Shown here: positions 31,601 through 40,283 of the stretch, piece after piece | Layout of the letters: the number at the start of each line of letters is the position of its first letter | Position numbering within the stretch: the first letter of the stretch is position 1 | NCBI GenBank assembly: GCA_903933805.1 | Contig: CAIZLM010000076.1 | Coordinates: 2,377-66,376, forward strand | DNA: 64,000 bases | Source of the DNA: an uncultured Bacteroidota bacterium | Lineage (GTDB): Bacteria > Bacteroidota > Bacteroidia > Chitinophagales > Saprospiraceae | Reading direction: 5' to 3' | The notes under the pieces: generated by a model | What the model was told of the DNA's origin: nothing | What the model saw: only the letters and a program-made list of their open reading frames with translations | The model's database searches: none | Position numbers and translations under genes: made by a program

Positions 31601-33488
31601 AATAGATGTGGCCTGTATTGACGGTCAGGGTGGGGCCATTACCGTGACGGGTTCAGGGGGTACTGCTCCACTGAGTTACGCTTGGTCGAACAGTGCCACG
31701 GGTACAGCGATCAGTGGCTTGGCCATTGGGAATTACCGCTGTACCGTCACCGATTCCAAAGGTTGTAGTAAGAACCTCAGTGTGCAAATTGTGGCGACAG
31801 ACCATGTGCCGCCGCAACTGATCCTCCAGAATGCCAGCATTGCACTGGGTACATCGGGTATGGCCTTGGTTACACCTGCGCTGTTTGACAACGGAAGTTT
31901 TGACCAGAGTTGTGGTATTGCCACGTGGGCCATCAGTCCAACGTCGTTTAATTGCAGTCAACTGGGTACACAGACAGTGACACTCACCGCCACGGATAAA
32001 AATGGCAATGCCGCCACGGGTACGGCCTTGGTGACAGTATCAGACAATATTGCGCCGGTATTGACCTGCCCCGCCAGCCAGGAAGCCTCCTATTGTTCTT
32101 CCACCATAACGTTCAATGTGCCGCAGGCACAAGACAACTGCACCATCAACGGAACCCCCACGTTGATCACCGGCTTGGTTTCTGGCGCAGCATTTCCGGT
32201 TGGGACGACGGAGCAGCGGTATTCGGTAACAGATGCCGGAGGGAACACGACGACGTGCTCGTTTACAATCACCATAACGGGGAGTTCCAATGTGACCACC
32301 GTGGTGGATCCGACCACCTGTGCCGGCGGCTGCGATGGCAGCGCTTCGCTGGTTATTTCCGGCGGCGGAACCACGCCTTCGGTGGTATGGAGCAACGGTC
32401 AAACGGGATTGGTTGCGACAAATTTGTGTCCGGGCAACTATGTCGCCACGTTGTCCGACGCGATGGGTTGTACGCAGGCATACGTGGTTCAGATACAGGT
32501 TTTAGACACCCAGGTGCCGGTATTGACTTGTCCGGACAATGTTGAAACGGGCTATTGCAATACAGCAGTAACGTTTGCGCAGCCGCAGGTATTGGACAAT
32601 TGTACGGTCAATTATCAATTGTTGCAACTTATTGGTGGGTTGCCATCGGGGTCTTCTTTCCCTTTGGGTGTTACACCGGTCGTATTTCGATACATTGATG
32701 GTGGTGGCAACATAGGAGAGTGTTCCTTTAATGTCACGGTTCATTTTGCGGCGAGCATCAATTCCAGTGCTTCCAATACTACTTGCGCAGGCAGTTGCAA
32801 CGGGACCGCATCGATCAGCATCAGCGGTGGACAGGGCCCATTTGGTATATTGTGGAGCAATGGCGTCAGCGGATCGACGCTTGGCGCCCTTTGCCCGGGG
32901 ATGTACACGGCCACTATTTCGGATGTGGACGGATGTTTTCAGGTACAGCCTATCCAGATTTCTGAGCCATCCCCACTGACTTTGGGTATGTCAACCGTGG
33001 TTGATGACGTGTTAAACATGGGTGTTGGCAGTATCAACATCAGTATGACGGGAGGTGTTATGCCCTACCATTATGTTTGGACCCGCAATGGTCAGGCGTA
33101 TTCAACCACACAAAATATACCGGCACTGTTTGCTGGCGAATATGTCTTGGTGGTCACGGATGCCAATGGATGCACCTATATGAGTACGCCGTTCCTGGTT
33201 GGCACTTCTGTTGGCACAACAACCGTCGAGGGGCTTGCTCCTTGGCAGCTCTACCCCAATCCTGCGTTGTCGGAGGTGTTTTTAGCCGTGGAAGCGTGGG
33301 TTGATTTTGACACGCAGCTCAGCATTGTAGATGCGTCGGGTCGTATATTGCTGGATCGGGCATTGTTGTCTGACGCGGCATCGCCCGTTCGGATTGACCT
33401 GAGTGGATTTCCAGATGGCATACTGTTGGTTCGTTTGACCAACCGTTTTGGAAGCAGTTCCAAGCATTTGCTGAAAATCCGCCGATAA
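28638..33488 (+). CDS. giant SprB-repeat / HYR-domain / Ig-like-repeat adhesin with T9SS type-A C-terminal domain
   Basis: ATG at 28638 (MRFFLICLLGFVNQAIVLAHA). About nine ~75-aa repeats ending VT..N.VNGCT. SprB repeats (C.G..NG.A.V...GGTAPYTY.WSNG). HYR-like units (D..PPVLTCP...DNC...CSF). CTD is YPNP...VDASGRIL...FPDGILLVRLT. Confidence 0.85.
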   Translation: MRFFLICLLGFVNQAIVLAHAPPATNTFHTSEALHTTASSDVPLALAVDSIHHVNCSRFTGYLRVVASGGLPAYSYLWSNGNTGTLATNLVPGNYTITVTDSEGTTATVGAVILEDFTLPTANAGVDFNVICANTVTSLNGTGSVGAEFRYLWTALNGGIIQSGATTLTPVIRHIGAFTLQVTNIVNGCTSTSSVVVLSTYQPPLVTATGGNFSCYQPSVVLNSTYPLENTTFVWNGPGMYVSYALHPQVSTVGTFVFKVTDTLTTCVGTANTVVTGDTSKPVVLPTGAILNCSQPISAISGTYTPMMVNFSWTGPFGFTSTQQSPVVSATGTYFVTVTNPANGCSTTKTTTVTSNFTPPTAMASVNAQLTCVLNTVLLLGNGSPIGITYAWSGPGGFTSNVQNALTTVPGVYKLTTQNPVNGCTATATTTVVLNNTPPGVTALGGLKTCISPTVTLQATSNTPGVTFKWSGPNNFISTIPNPMVTQVGTYGVTATNPVNGCTSVATVSVTQNITPPTLTTTTTTINCYNPAPRVVATSQTNGATFSWAGPNGYTAMISNPVVVVGGTYSVTVTNPVNGCTNYNAISVAENLALPNVYAGEDRALNCNFSSVLVNPIGTSTGVGITYQWTTVDGHIFSGAMSFFARFDAIGHYTLSVKNTASGCIAQDSMEVTQTPPLSLTVALVSPISCNGNTNASVKATPVGGSGYYTYMWSTGSQAATLTNLGPATYVVTATDSEGCSSVATISVVQPTVVQAAVSANAQTLVGVNNGSASVTPSGGTAPYTVHWNNAGTTLVIPNLAPGIYTVTVTDSKGCTKSNSVTVNAVLCTITGAVAVTNLNCSGVASGVATVNVTNVPTPLTYNWSNGMQSKTAANLAAGNYSVTVTGANGCSIVLTAQISSPPPLTLSVVTNTSVTCAGLQNGGATVSASGGTAPYTYAWSNGGTGSTATTLGAGSYSVVTTDALGCTVSQTTQISAPPPVELTVLTSIDVACIDGQGGAITVTGSGGTAPLSYAWSNSATGTAISGLAIGNYRCTVTDSKGCSKNLSVQIVATDHVPPQLILQNASIALGTSGMALVTPALFDNGSFDQSCGIATWAISPTSFNCSQLGTQTVTLTATDKNGNAATGTALVTVSDNIAPVLTCPASQEASYCSSTITFNVPQAQDNCTINGTPTLITGLVSGAAFPVGTTEQRYSVTDAGGNTTTCSFTITITGSSNVTTVVDPTTCAGGCDGSASLVISGGGTTPSVVWSNGQTGLVATNLCPGNYVATLSDAMGCTQAYVVQIQVLDTQVPVLTCPDNVETGYCNTAVTFAQPQVLDNCTVNYQLLQLIGGLPSGSSFPLGVTPVVFRYIDGGGNIGECSFNVTVHFAASINSSASNTTCAGSCNGTASISISGGQGPFGILWSNGVSGSTLGALCPGMYTATISDVDGCFQVQPIQISEPSPLTLGMSTVVDDVLNMGVGSINISMTGGVMPYHYVWTRNGQAYSTTQNIPALFAGEYVLVVTDANGCTYMSTPFLVGTSVGTTTVEGLAPWQLYPNPALSEVFLAVEAWVDFDTQLSIVDASGRILLDRALLSDAASPVRIDLSGFPDGILLVRLTNRFGSSSKHLLKIRR

Positions 33489-33505
33489 GACAACTTTTCA
33501 TCAAG

Positions 33506-33545
33506 GGTAACGGGTTGGGTGGTTGCGACCACCCAACCCGTTACC
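33506..33545. terminator. perfect 18-bp-stem hairpin made of back-to-back MITE-type termini
   Basis: ggtaacgggttgggtggt-tgcg-accacccaacccgttacc, followed by A7. It lies between convergent genes. Confidence 0.6.
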
Positions 33546-33550
33546 AAAAA

Positions 33551-33586
33551 AATGGGTAGCACGGCTTTTTTGCTGTGCTACCCATT
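33551..33586. terminator. bidirectional Rho-independent-type hairpin
   Basis: 15-bp stem aatgggtagcacggc / gctgtgctacccatt (one G-T pair), T6 loop, A-run on the left and T-run on the right. It sits downstream of both the adhesin gene and bcp. Confidence 0.65.
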
Positions 33587-33599
33587 TTGTATAAGTTGA

Positions 33600-33681
33600 G
33601 TAACTACTGGTTAGGCGACATGCTGTCTGGCCCAAAAATGGCCACTTTTTTGGCTCAGACGCGATCAAGCTAACCAGTTAC
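33600..33681 (+). mobile_element. MITE short (~82 bp) derivative with perfect 8-bp target-site duplication
   Basis: TAAGTTGA at 33592-33599 and again at 33682-33689. Confidence 0.85.
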
Positions 33682-33698
33682 TAAGTTGACATTCAACA

Positions 33699-34154
33699 TT
33701 ACACCGTGATTACCTGTTCCGTGTGATTTCCGGTATCAACTTTTGTGATGATGCGTTCAATATGGCTGGTTTCGTTTATGACGAAAGTTGTTCGGTTGAT
33801 GCCCATGTAGGCGCGTCCCATAAATTTTTTCTCTCCCCATACCCCGTAAGCTTCAGATACTGCGTGGTCTTCATCGGCGAGGAGCGAGAAAGGAAGGCTG
33901 TATTTATCCTGAAATTTCACGTGTTTTTTTACAGAATCGGGGCTTACGCCGAGAATTTCATAGCCTTTGGCCAAGAAAGAGCTGTAGCTGTCGCGCAGGT
34001 TACAGGCTTGGGCGGTACAGCCGGGTGTATCGTCTTTTGGATAAAAATACAGCACCAGTTTTTTGCCTTTGTAGTCTTCCAGACGAACGGTTAGTCCTTT
34101 TTCATTGGTAGCGGAAAAATCCGGAGCGGCATCGCCTTCTTTCAGGTGTAACAT
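33699..34154 (-). CDS. bcp: thiol peroxidase Bcp (PrxQ type)
   Basis: ATG at 34154 (MLHLKEGDAAPDF). YFYPKDDTPGCTAQAC carries the peroxidatic and resolving Cys five residues apart. Confidence 0.85.
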   Translation of the reverse strand: MLHLKEGDAAPDFSATNEKGLTVRLEDYKGKKLVLYFYPKDDTPGCTAQACNLRDSYSSFLAKGYEILGVSPDSVKKHVKFQDKYSLPFSLLADEDHAVSEAYGVWGEKKFMGRAYMGINRTTFVINETSHIERIITKVDTGNHTEQVITV

Positions 34155-34276
34155 GATGGTTGGTGGTGGGTAATGGTTGAAGCGGTGTGGAATGTACAAA
34201 CACAGCCTTAAACGCTGGGGGGGCTGATTTTGTTCATTCCAACGTTAAGATGATTGACAGGCAACGGTGATTTTGT

Positions 34277-34435
34277 GTAACTGGTTGGGTGGCCCGATGT
34301 CGGGCCCAAAAAGGGCCGCTTTCCGTCCTACTTCGCCATTTTTTTGACCTTAGCAAGGCTAGGACGTGCAAAAATCTGCTTCATCTGGCAAAAAATGGCC
34401 ACTTTTTTGTCTCATACACTTCACTAGCCAGTTAC
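34277..34435 (+). mobile_element. MITE-like element, full length; left border of the low-GC island
   Basis: gtaactggttgggtggcccgatgtcgggcccaaaaaggg ... aaaaatggccacttttttgtctcat...ctagccagttac. Ends 3 nt before the dabB stop. Confidence 0.85.
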
Positions 34436-34438
34436 CTT

Positions 34439-36310
34439 TTAAGATGATCGATAGGCAATTTGGTGATTTTGTTTCTTATTTGGCCCTAAAAATAAGCGCG
34501 CATAAATTCTTAATACGGAAATTTCAACAAATAATAAACTAATTACAATAATTGCCAATAACAAGTATTCATTTTTATCGATATGGCTGAACATTAAGTC
34601 AACGCCAATGAATGTCGGTGTAAATGGTAGCCCGGCAAAAGCTAAACAAGAGATTAGAAACCAAAATCCATATTTTGGATGATCGTGGTTGTAACCATAA
34701 AAATCATTTAAGTCAATTTTATTTTCAATCATTTTCAATTTATACAAACTAAAAAATCCTATGCAAGCTGCTATTAACAAGCCACTTACGTATATTAAAA
34801 TTTCCATATATTCGTATTTATCATTGAGAAAAGAAATAGCCAATAAAATATAAAATTGACTAGCAATAAGCATAAACCACACGACAATTGCATCTGTTCT
34901 TTTTGAGAATGATTTTAGTATTAATAACATTCCAATAAATGCGAATAATATATGTAAAAATTGGTCTAATTTTTTCGGAAGAATATCTTGATTAAGAAAT
35001 AGGTAAATACCAATTGAATAGATTACAATTAATGAATATAAAACCATTTTATTGCTTAAAAAGTTTAGTTTTCTACCGATCCATTTAAATGGTGACCACA
35101 TAAATTTAAATTGAAAAGTATCTAAATTCCATTCTTTCAAACTTAACACATAAATACTGTTGCTAATTTTATTGATAAAAGAAATATTTGAATCGTATTT
35201 TTTAGGTTTATAACTAAAAAACTGTTCGTGGACTAAATAGCCTAAGACAGAAGGCGATACTAACAACTGATACGTTCTTAAAAAAGCGTTTCCTGCGAAG
35301 TGAAACAAAACCAATGTGTGCCAGCCCATTGCTAATTCTACAAACATAATACCTATTTGAGAAATTGAACTATAGGCAATTTGTGTTTTTACAGTAGATT
35401 GAACACTTGCTATTAATGTAGCAACAAGAGCCGAAACCGATCCGACAGTTATTATTACAATTTTTGCGATTAGAATACTTTCCCAGTAGGCATATGTTCT
35501 CAACAGTAGGAAAACACCAATATGTGCTGAAAGTGAACCATAAAAAATAGCACTTGACGTTGTTGGCCCTTCCATAGCTCTTGGCAACCATGATGAAAAC
35601 GGGAATTGAGCTGATTTTATCGAAGCGGCAATAATGATCATTACAACAATGAATAATGCATAATAATTATGCTCTTCGATATGGGAGGCAACCAAAAAAA
35701 CATCTTTCAATTGAATAAAAGTAATGTTTTCATGCCATAAATGATGGCTCATCCATAATGCCAGCATTAAGCATACATCACTTAAACGATATATAGAAAT
35801 TGTTTTTAATCCATTTTTTACGGGTAAATACCTGTCTCCGTAAAAAATAATCAGTATAAAGGATCCTATTCCTAAAAATTCCCAGCCTATAAAAAGTGTT
35901 TCAAAATTTCCTGAAAATATCACGATAGAGTATGCAAAGAAAAATAGCAACAAAGTGGAAAAAAAACGTTTATAACCACTATCTCTATGCAAATAAAATC
36001 GGCTAAAAATAGCAACCAAAAATGTAATTAAAAAACCCACAGCAGCAAAAACAGCCGTAATTTTATCGAAAAATAAATCAATAAATATTTCAATATTGCC
36101 TTCTTTGTAAAAGGTAAAATGTTTTATATCAAGGATGGGGCAGCCATTGCCAACCCATGAAAAAATAAAAAAAAGCAGCCCAAAAAACTGAATCCCAACT
36201 GTTAAAATAACTGTCGCGGCAATGGCATTTTCATTTTTATTTGAAAAAAACAAACTGACAATAAAACCTAATAAAGGTAATATAATAAATAATTGTAATG
36301 AATGTTCCAT
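34439..36310 (-). CDS. dabB: DabB: NuoL/MrpD-like proton-conducting membrane subunit of a DAB inorganic-carbon pump
   Basis: 623-aa polytopic protein with Complex-I antiporter-like helices (WLPRAMEGPTTSSAIFYGSLSAHIGVFLL). It starts 3 nt after the dabA stop. Confidence 0.8.
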   Translation of the reverse strand: MEHSLQLFIILPLLGFIVSLFFSNKNENAIAATVILTVGIQFFGLLFFIFSWVGNGCPILDIKHFTFYKEGNIEIFIDLFFDKITAVFAAVGFLITFLVAIFSRFYLHRDSGYKRFFSTLLLFFFAYSIVIFSGNFETLFIGWEFLGIGSFILIIFYGDRYLPVKNGLKTISIYRLSDVCLMLALWMSHHLWHENITFIQLKDVFLVASHIEEHNYYALFIVVMIIIAASIKSAQFPFSSWLPRAMEGPTTSSAIFYGSLSAHIGVFLLLRTYAYWESILIAKIVIITVGSVSALVATLIASVQSTVKTQIAYSSISQIGIMFVELAMGWHTLVLFHFAGNAFLRTYQLLVSPSVLGYLVHEQFFSYKPKKYDSNISFINKISNSIYVLSLKEWNLDTFQFKFMWSPFKWIGRKLNFLSNKMVLYSLIVIYSIGIYLFLNQDILPKKLDQFLHILFAFIGMLLILKSFSKRTDAIVVWFMLIASQFYILLAISFLNDKYEYMEILIYVSGLLIAACIGFFSLYKLKMIENKIDLNDFYGYNHDHPKYGFWFLISCLAFAGLPFTPTFIGVDLMFSHIDKNEYLLLAIIVISLLFVEISVLRIYARLFLGPNKKQNHQIAYRSS

Positions 36311-36313
36311 AGC

Positions 36314-38854
36314 TTAATCGTAAAAAAATATTGGTAAGTTTTCTTGTGTTGCGTGGCTAATATGGTTGGTTTCCATTTCTTTAGCATCTTCTAAAAGTGT
36401 ATGGACATCCTTAAAGAAATGAATTTTATTGGCCATAGGTTTATAGGAAACAAAATTGCCTTCTTTGAAATAAAACAATTCATCAGTTTCTGGATTTATG
36501 ACTGAAAGATGAACCCATTCGTTGATAAACCATTGATACATTTCTGGAACGGACTGAATGACTTTTAAAACTACTGCTGGAAAATGCTCAACAATAATCA
36601 TCAATCGCATTGGATCATGCACTTCTATCATTTGCCAAGGCAGCCCTGCTCTTAAATCGCCATCGCTACTGTTGGCAACACCAAAAAGTCCCATGACATT
36701 GTGGGGCAATTTGGTTCCTGCCCCCAACTTATAATTATCGACTCGTGAAAAATAATATTCAAGGTTAATGCCACCGCAAACTGGACCAAGTGGCTTCATA
36801 ATTCCTGTTAAAAATATGCCATCTAAATCAGTTTTGTAATCGTAAGAATTTAAAAAAGCTCTCCTGTCCAAGAAAATTCCTTTGGTCAATGTACGTTTCC
36901 CTACTACACACAGTGTGTTGGTGCCGTGACCTAACTCAGGACGAGGTTCAAATAGTGATACTGAGCGCGCTTTGATAGCCTTTCTAATTTTTTTAATATT
37001 AGATTTGGTGTCAATTGAAGCAAATCTCCGTGAACGTTCTTTTGCATTCAAATCTAATGCGTTTTCAAATGTTTGGGCATTGTTTACATGAAGTGGAGCA
37101 TTTTCAATATTCAATGTCTCAATATCATAAAACTCAATTTCATCAGCAGCCGTATCGTGCAACGCACCAATAAATTGTGTCGATATTGGAATAGTTATTC
37201 CTTGGATATGTAATGCCGCTCGAACTTTTGAATTATTTGCCATCAAAGCAAATACCCTAGCATTTACCGAACCCGGGCGGCCACTACACGCGCCACAATC
37301 GTGTGCGCCATGATGTGGATTATTGGCACTACTACTTCCATGTGCAACCACATAAACAATTGGTGCAAAATTATTAGTCAAAGCAATTCCGTTTAGCAAA
37401 CTTGCTACACGAGTTGCCATCTCTTCAACGGTGAACCCTATTTGAAGATTATTTTCTATATCGTTAATAGATTTATTCTCAATCGTTAATTTCCCTTCCG
37501 CATTCATGTGCAAAAAAGCATTTGAAATTGCTGGACCTTTACGCGGAAAAAATAAATTTTTTACCAATCTAAATGCTGACCAAAATCCGAATACAAGTGC
37601 ACTTAAAAAACCTGTCGTTAACTTGTGTGTCTTGTTGGTATATAGTAAATCATGTTTTCTTTTATCCGCTACATCGTATTCTTTTATCAAATACTTCGGT
37701 GTAACCGGAGCAGGACATAATTTATCGTAAAATTTTGCGCCATATGCTTGAAAATAAAATTCTACACTAAAAAAACCTGGCGTCCCATATGTCTCTGAAT
37801 TCCTATCGATACTTTCAAGATGCCTTCTAATACTGTCTTCGCGTTCATCAATACAAAAAAGCGCCTGAAATGATTTTGGCAGTATATCAATGGGCTCTTT
37901 GTTTCTTTTGGACTTGCTTAATTGCTTAATACCAGCTAAAACTTCATCGTAGTAACTCCATTCAAACGCATCTTGCCAAATTTTTAAAATTTCCTGTAAT
38001 TCAGAGTTTTCAACTTCTTCAAATAAATCTGACGGCCCAAAAGTTACAATTTCCGAAAGTGGCTTCCAATGTTTACCAAGTTGGTCATCTAAATTATCAA
38101 TTTCAAGTAATAATTCAAAAATAATTAAATCATGTAATGAAATTTTCTTTGGACTTAATAATGATTCAGGATGCATTTCTACAGCAGCAACCAAACCACT
38201 CCAGCCACGATGGCTAAACTGTTGGTCAAAAAGATATTGTTCAAAATAGGCTTCGCTACCAACAAGAATTCTTAGTAATTCTTCAATTGAAACGCCTTCC
38301 TTAAACAGCAACTCTTTGGCTCTCGAGGTTTTGAATATACTTGAAAAAATGTTTTTTTCAAGTATAATAATAGATTCAAGAAATCCTTTATTCCCAATGG
38401 GGAAATTCCAAATTGATATACCTTGATCAAGATAACTACATAAAAATCTGAATAAAAATGGCTGTACAAAATTATCCAAATCTATATGATAATTCTCTTT
38501 CCATTGTTGCCTTAATTTACCAATTCTATGGTCGATATGGTCATCATACACCTTTGACACCAAATTTGTTTTCCATATTTTAAGATCATCATTGGGCTTT
38601 CTATTTTTAATACAATTTTCAAGAATTTCTGGCCTGATTCGCCCTGTTTCATACAACTTTCTATAATCAGATAGCGGCATCGTAACCTGATAACCAAACA
38701 CTTTTGCTGATTTGAAAATAGCATCATAAAACTTTCTGCTCTGAAAAGCATGCAGCGAATTATGGTGTATAAAATCTTTTAGTGGCGTTTGAGACGGTAA
38801 ATAATGTTTTAATTCATGTAAAACATGTTTTTCGTCAAAACTTACTTTTGTCAT
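36314..38854 (-). CDS. dabA: DabA: DUF2309-family subunit of a DAB inorganic-carbon pump
   Basis: N-terminus LKHYLPSQTPLKDFIHHNSLHAFQ is the DUF2309 signature. FCIDERED (C/D ligands, near 37.85 kb) and HGAHDCGACSG (H/C ligands) form the beta-carbonic-anhydrase-like Zn-site pattern. Confidence 0.85.
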   Translation of the reverse strand: MTKVSFDEKHVLHELKHYLPSQTPLKDFIHHNSLHAFQSRKFYDAIFKSAKVFGYQVTMPLSDYRKLYETGRIRPEILENCIKNRKPNDDLKIWKTNLVSKVYDDHIDHRIGKLRQQWKENYHIDLDNFVQPFLFRFLCSYLDQGISIWNFPIGNKGFLESIIILEKNIFSSIFKTSRAKELLFKEGVSIEELLRILVGSEAYFEQYLFDQQFSHRGWSGLVAAVEMHPESLLSPKKISLHDLIIFELLLEIDNLDDQLGKHWKPLSEIVTFGPSDLFEEVENSELQEILKIWQDAFEWSYYDEVLAGIKQLSKSKRNKEPIDILPKSFQALFCIDEREDSIRRHLESIDRNSETYGTPGFFSVEFYFQAYGAKFYDKLCPAPVTPKYLIKEYDVADKRKHDLLYTNKTHKLTTGFLSALVFGFWSAFRLVKNLFFPRKGPAISNAFLHMNAEGKLTIENKSINDIENNLQIGFTVEEMATRVASLLNGIALTNNFAPIVYVVAHGSSSANNPHHGAHDCGACSGRPGSVNARVFALMANNSKVRAALHIQGITIPISTQFIGALHDTAADEIEFYDIETLNIENAPLHVNNAQTFENALDLNAKERSRRFASIDTKSNIKKIRKAIKARSVSLFEPRPELGHGTNTLCVVGKRTLTKGIFLDRRAFLNSYDYKTDLDGIFLTGIMKPLGPVCGGINLEYYFSRVDNYKLGAGTKLPHNVMGLFGVANSSDGDLRAGLPWQMIEVHDPMRLMIIVEHFPAVVLKVIQSVPEMYQWFINEWVHLSVINPETDELFYFKEGNFVSYKPMANKIHFFKDVHTLLEDAKEMETNHISHATQENLPIFFYD

Positions 38855-38869
38855 ATACCGAATTTTTGC

Positions 38870-38944
38870 GACTATTTAAGTGGCACGCTATCTGGCCAAA
38901 AAGAACCATTCTATTGTCTCAAATGCACCCACCTAACCAGTTAC
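38870..38944 (+). mobile_element. MITE short (~75 bp) derivative, 15 nt upstream of the dabA start codon
   Basis: gactatttaagtggcacgctatctggccaaaaagaacc...ttgtctcaaatgcacccacctaaccagttac. Confidence 0.7.
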
Positions 38945-39121
38945 TATTAAATTACTGAATCCGTAGTACACAACAGATAAAAGGTGACTTTGGTTTTCAG
39001 GAAGTAAAAATTCCAGTGCCTGCGGTTTCGGTTCGTTCTGTGCGTTTGTTGTATTCCGCCGGCTGGGTGCTGGAATTTATCGGAAAAGCGCTGTCACGAT
39101 GAATATCTGAACAGTTGTTAT

Positions 39122-39169
39122 GATTAACGGATACGCCATCTGGGGTTCGTGGCAGGCTTACCTTCGTCC
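39122..39169. repeat. ~45-bp border motif, copy A
   Basis: gattaacggatacgccatctggggttcgtggcaggcttaccttcgtcc. Confidence 0.7.
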
Positions 39170-39221
39170 GGCGAAAAATGGCCACTTTTTTGTCTCAGAC
39201 GCGACCACGCTAACCAGTTAC
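39162..39221 (+). repeat. MITE right-end fragment
   Basis: cttcgtccggcgaaaaatggccacttttttgtctcagacgcgaccacgctaaccagttac. Confidence 0.75.
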
Positions 39222-39229
39222 TTGAAACT

Positions 39230-39883
39230 TTATAAAGCTACAAAAGTAATTATATTAAACTGGTTTCTTGACACGCGGCCAGTATATTGGTTCATTAAAC
39301 CGACTTCTGTTCTGATTTTTTTTGAAAATTTATATCCTAATCCGCCATAAACCCTGTTTCTATCAAAAATATTTTGATCCGTATTCAAAAATATTTCATT
39401 GTATGCCGACAGATAAATATTTTGGTTTTTTGATTTTTTCGGGTTCAATACAACATTTATGGCTAAAAAATAGCGTAATCGAAGCCTAAAGTCATCTTCT
39501 AAAAACCGTTGCTCAAATCGGTAACGGTGTTGCACGGATAAACGTCCAAATACCTGTCGTGTTATAAATTGTTGATAAACCCGATATTCACGATAATTGG
39601 TTTTGTTATCAGTATTCATTATATAAGGCTCGCTATAAATATAAGCACAACCGAAATGAATATTGTTGTTTTTCTCGGTAATATTATAACCAAAACCTGT
39701 TCTTAGGAGCAATTGTTCCGTATCTCCCAAAAAATTAAAATTTCTGTATTGTACTTCGTGGTGCCAGTTCCACCTATTGTTTATTTTTTTATCTCCAAAA
39801 TATATGATCCAATTTCCTACATCACTGGATTGGGCAAACAATCCAAATGGTGTCATTAAAATTAATACAAAAAATGTTTTCAT
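39230..39883 (-). CDS. DUF2490-like outer-membrane protein
   Basis: ATG at 39883 (MKTFFVLILMTPFGLFAQ signal peptide). GNWIIYFGDKKINNRWNWHHEVQYRNFNFLGD...LLLRTGFGY resembles DUF2490. Very AT-rich. Confidence 0.6.
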   Translation of the reverse strand: MKTFFVLILMTPFGLFAQSSDVGNWIIYFGDKKINNRWNWHHEVQYRNFNFLGDTEQLLLRTGFGYNITEKNNNIHFGCAYIYSEPYIMNTDNKTNYREYRVYQQFITRQVFGRLSVQHRYRFEQRFLEDDFRLRLRYFLAINVVLNPKKSKNQNIYLSAYNEIFLNTDQNIFDRNRVYGGLGYKFSKKIRTEVGLMNQYTGRVSRNQFNIITFVAL

Positions 39884-39907
39884 TTTAGAGGGTGTTTTTT
39901 CGTTTGT

Positions 39908-39952
39908 GAATACGGGATATGCAATATGGGTTCGTGTTAAGCCTACCTTGCC
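39908..39952. repeat. ~45-bp border motif, copy B
   Basis: gaatacgggatatgcaatatgggttcgtgttaagcctaccttgcc, 24 nt upstream of the DUF2490 start codon. Confidence 0.7.
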
Positions 39953-40283
39953 AACGGTATGGGTGTTGAACGACCACGTGTTTAACGTACTGGAGTCGAT
40001 TTTACCTGGAAAAGCTCCCGTAATGGGATCGGTAAATTGTTCTTCGTATGTCAGTTTCTCCACAGCACTCAACGCCGCATGTTTGGCAGGTAATCGTTTA
40101 AATTGGTTTTTGTCTGATGAATCAAAGCGTTTCTATCCCCTAAAAACAAGATACGTTTTGCCCGATTTGCGAATGAGGTTGATGGGGTTGAACTGCATGG
40201 GAGCCACCACATTTTTAAAGCACTGTTCGTGTATCAGTGCGCTCAAAGAAGTATCGTAGGGAAGTGTTAAATCCGCATCGTGT
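39953..40283 (-). pseudogene. unassigned coding remnant with an in-frame stop
   Basis: The minus-strand frame reads ...WMYEHDADLTLPYDTSLSALIHEQCFKNVVAPMQFNPINLIRKSGKTYLVFRG*KRFDSSDKNQFKRLPAKH... with one TAG. No start context, and it abuts the broken DUF1016 gene. Confidence 0.3.
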
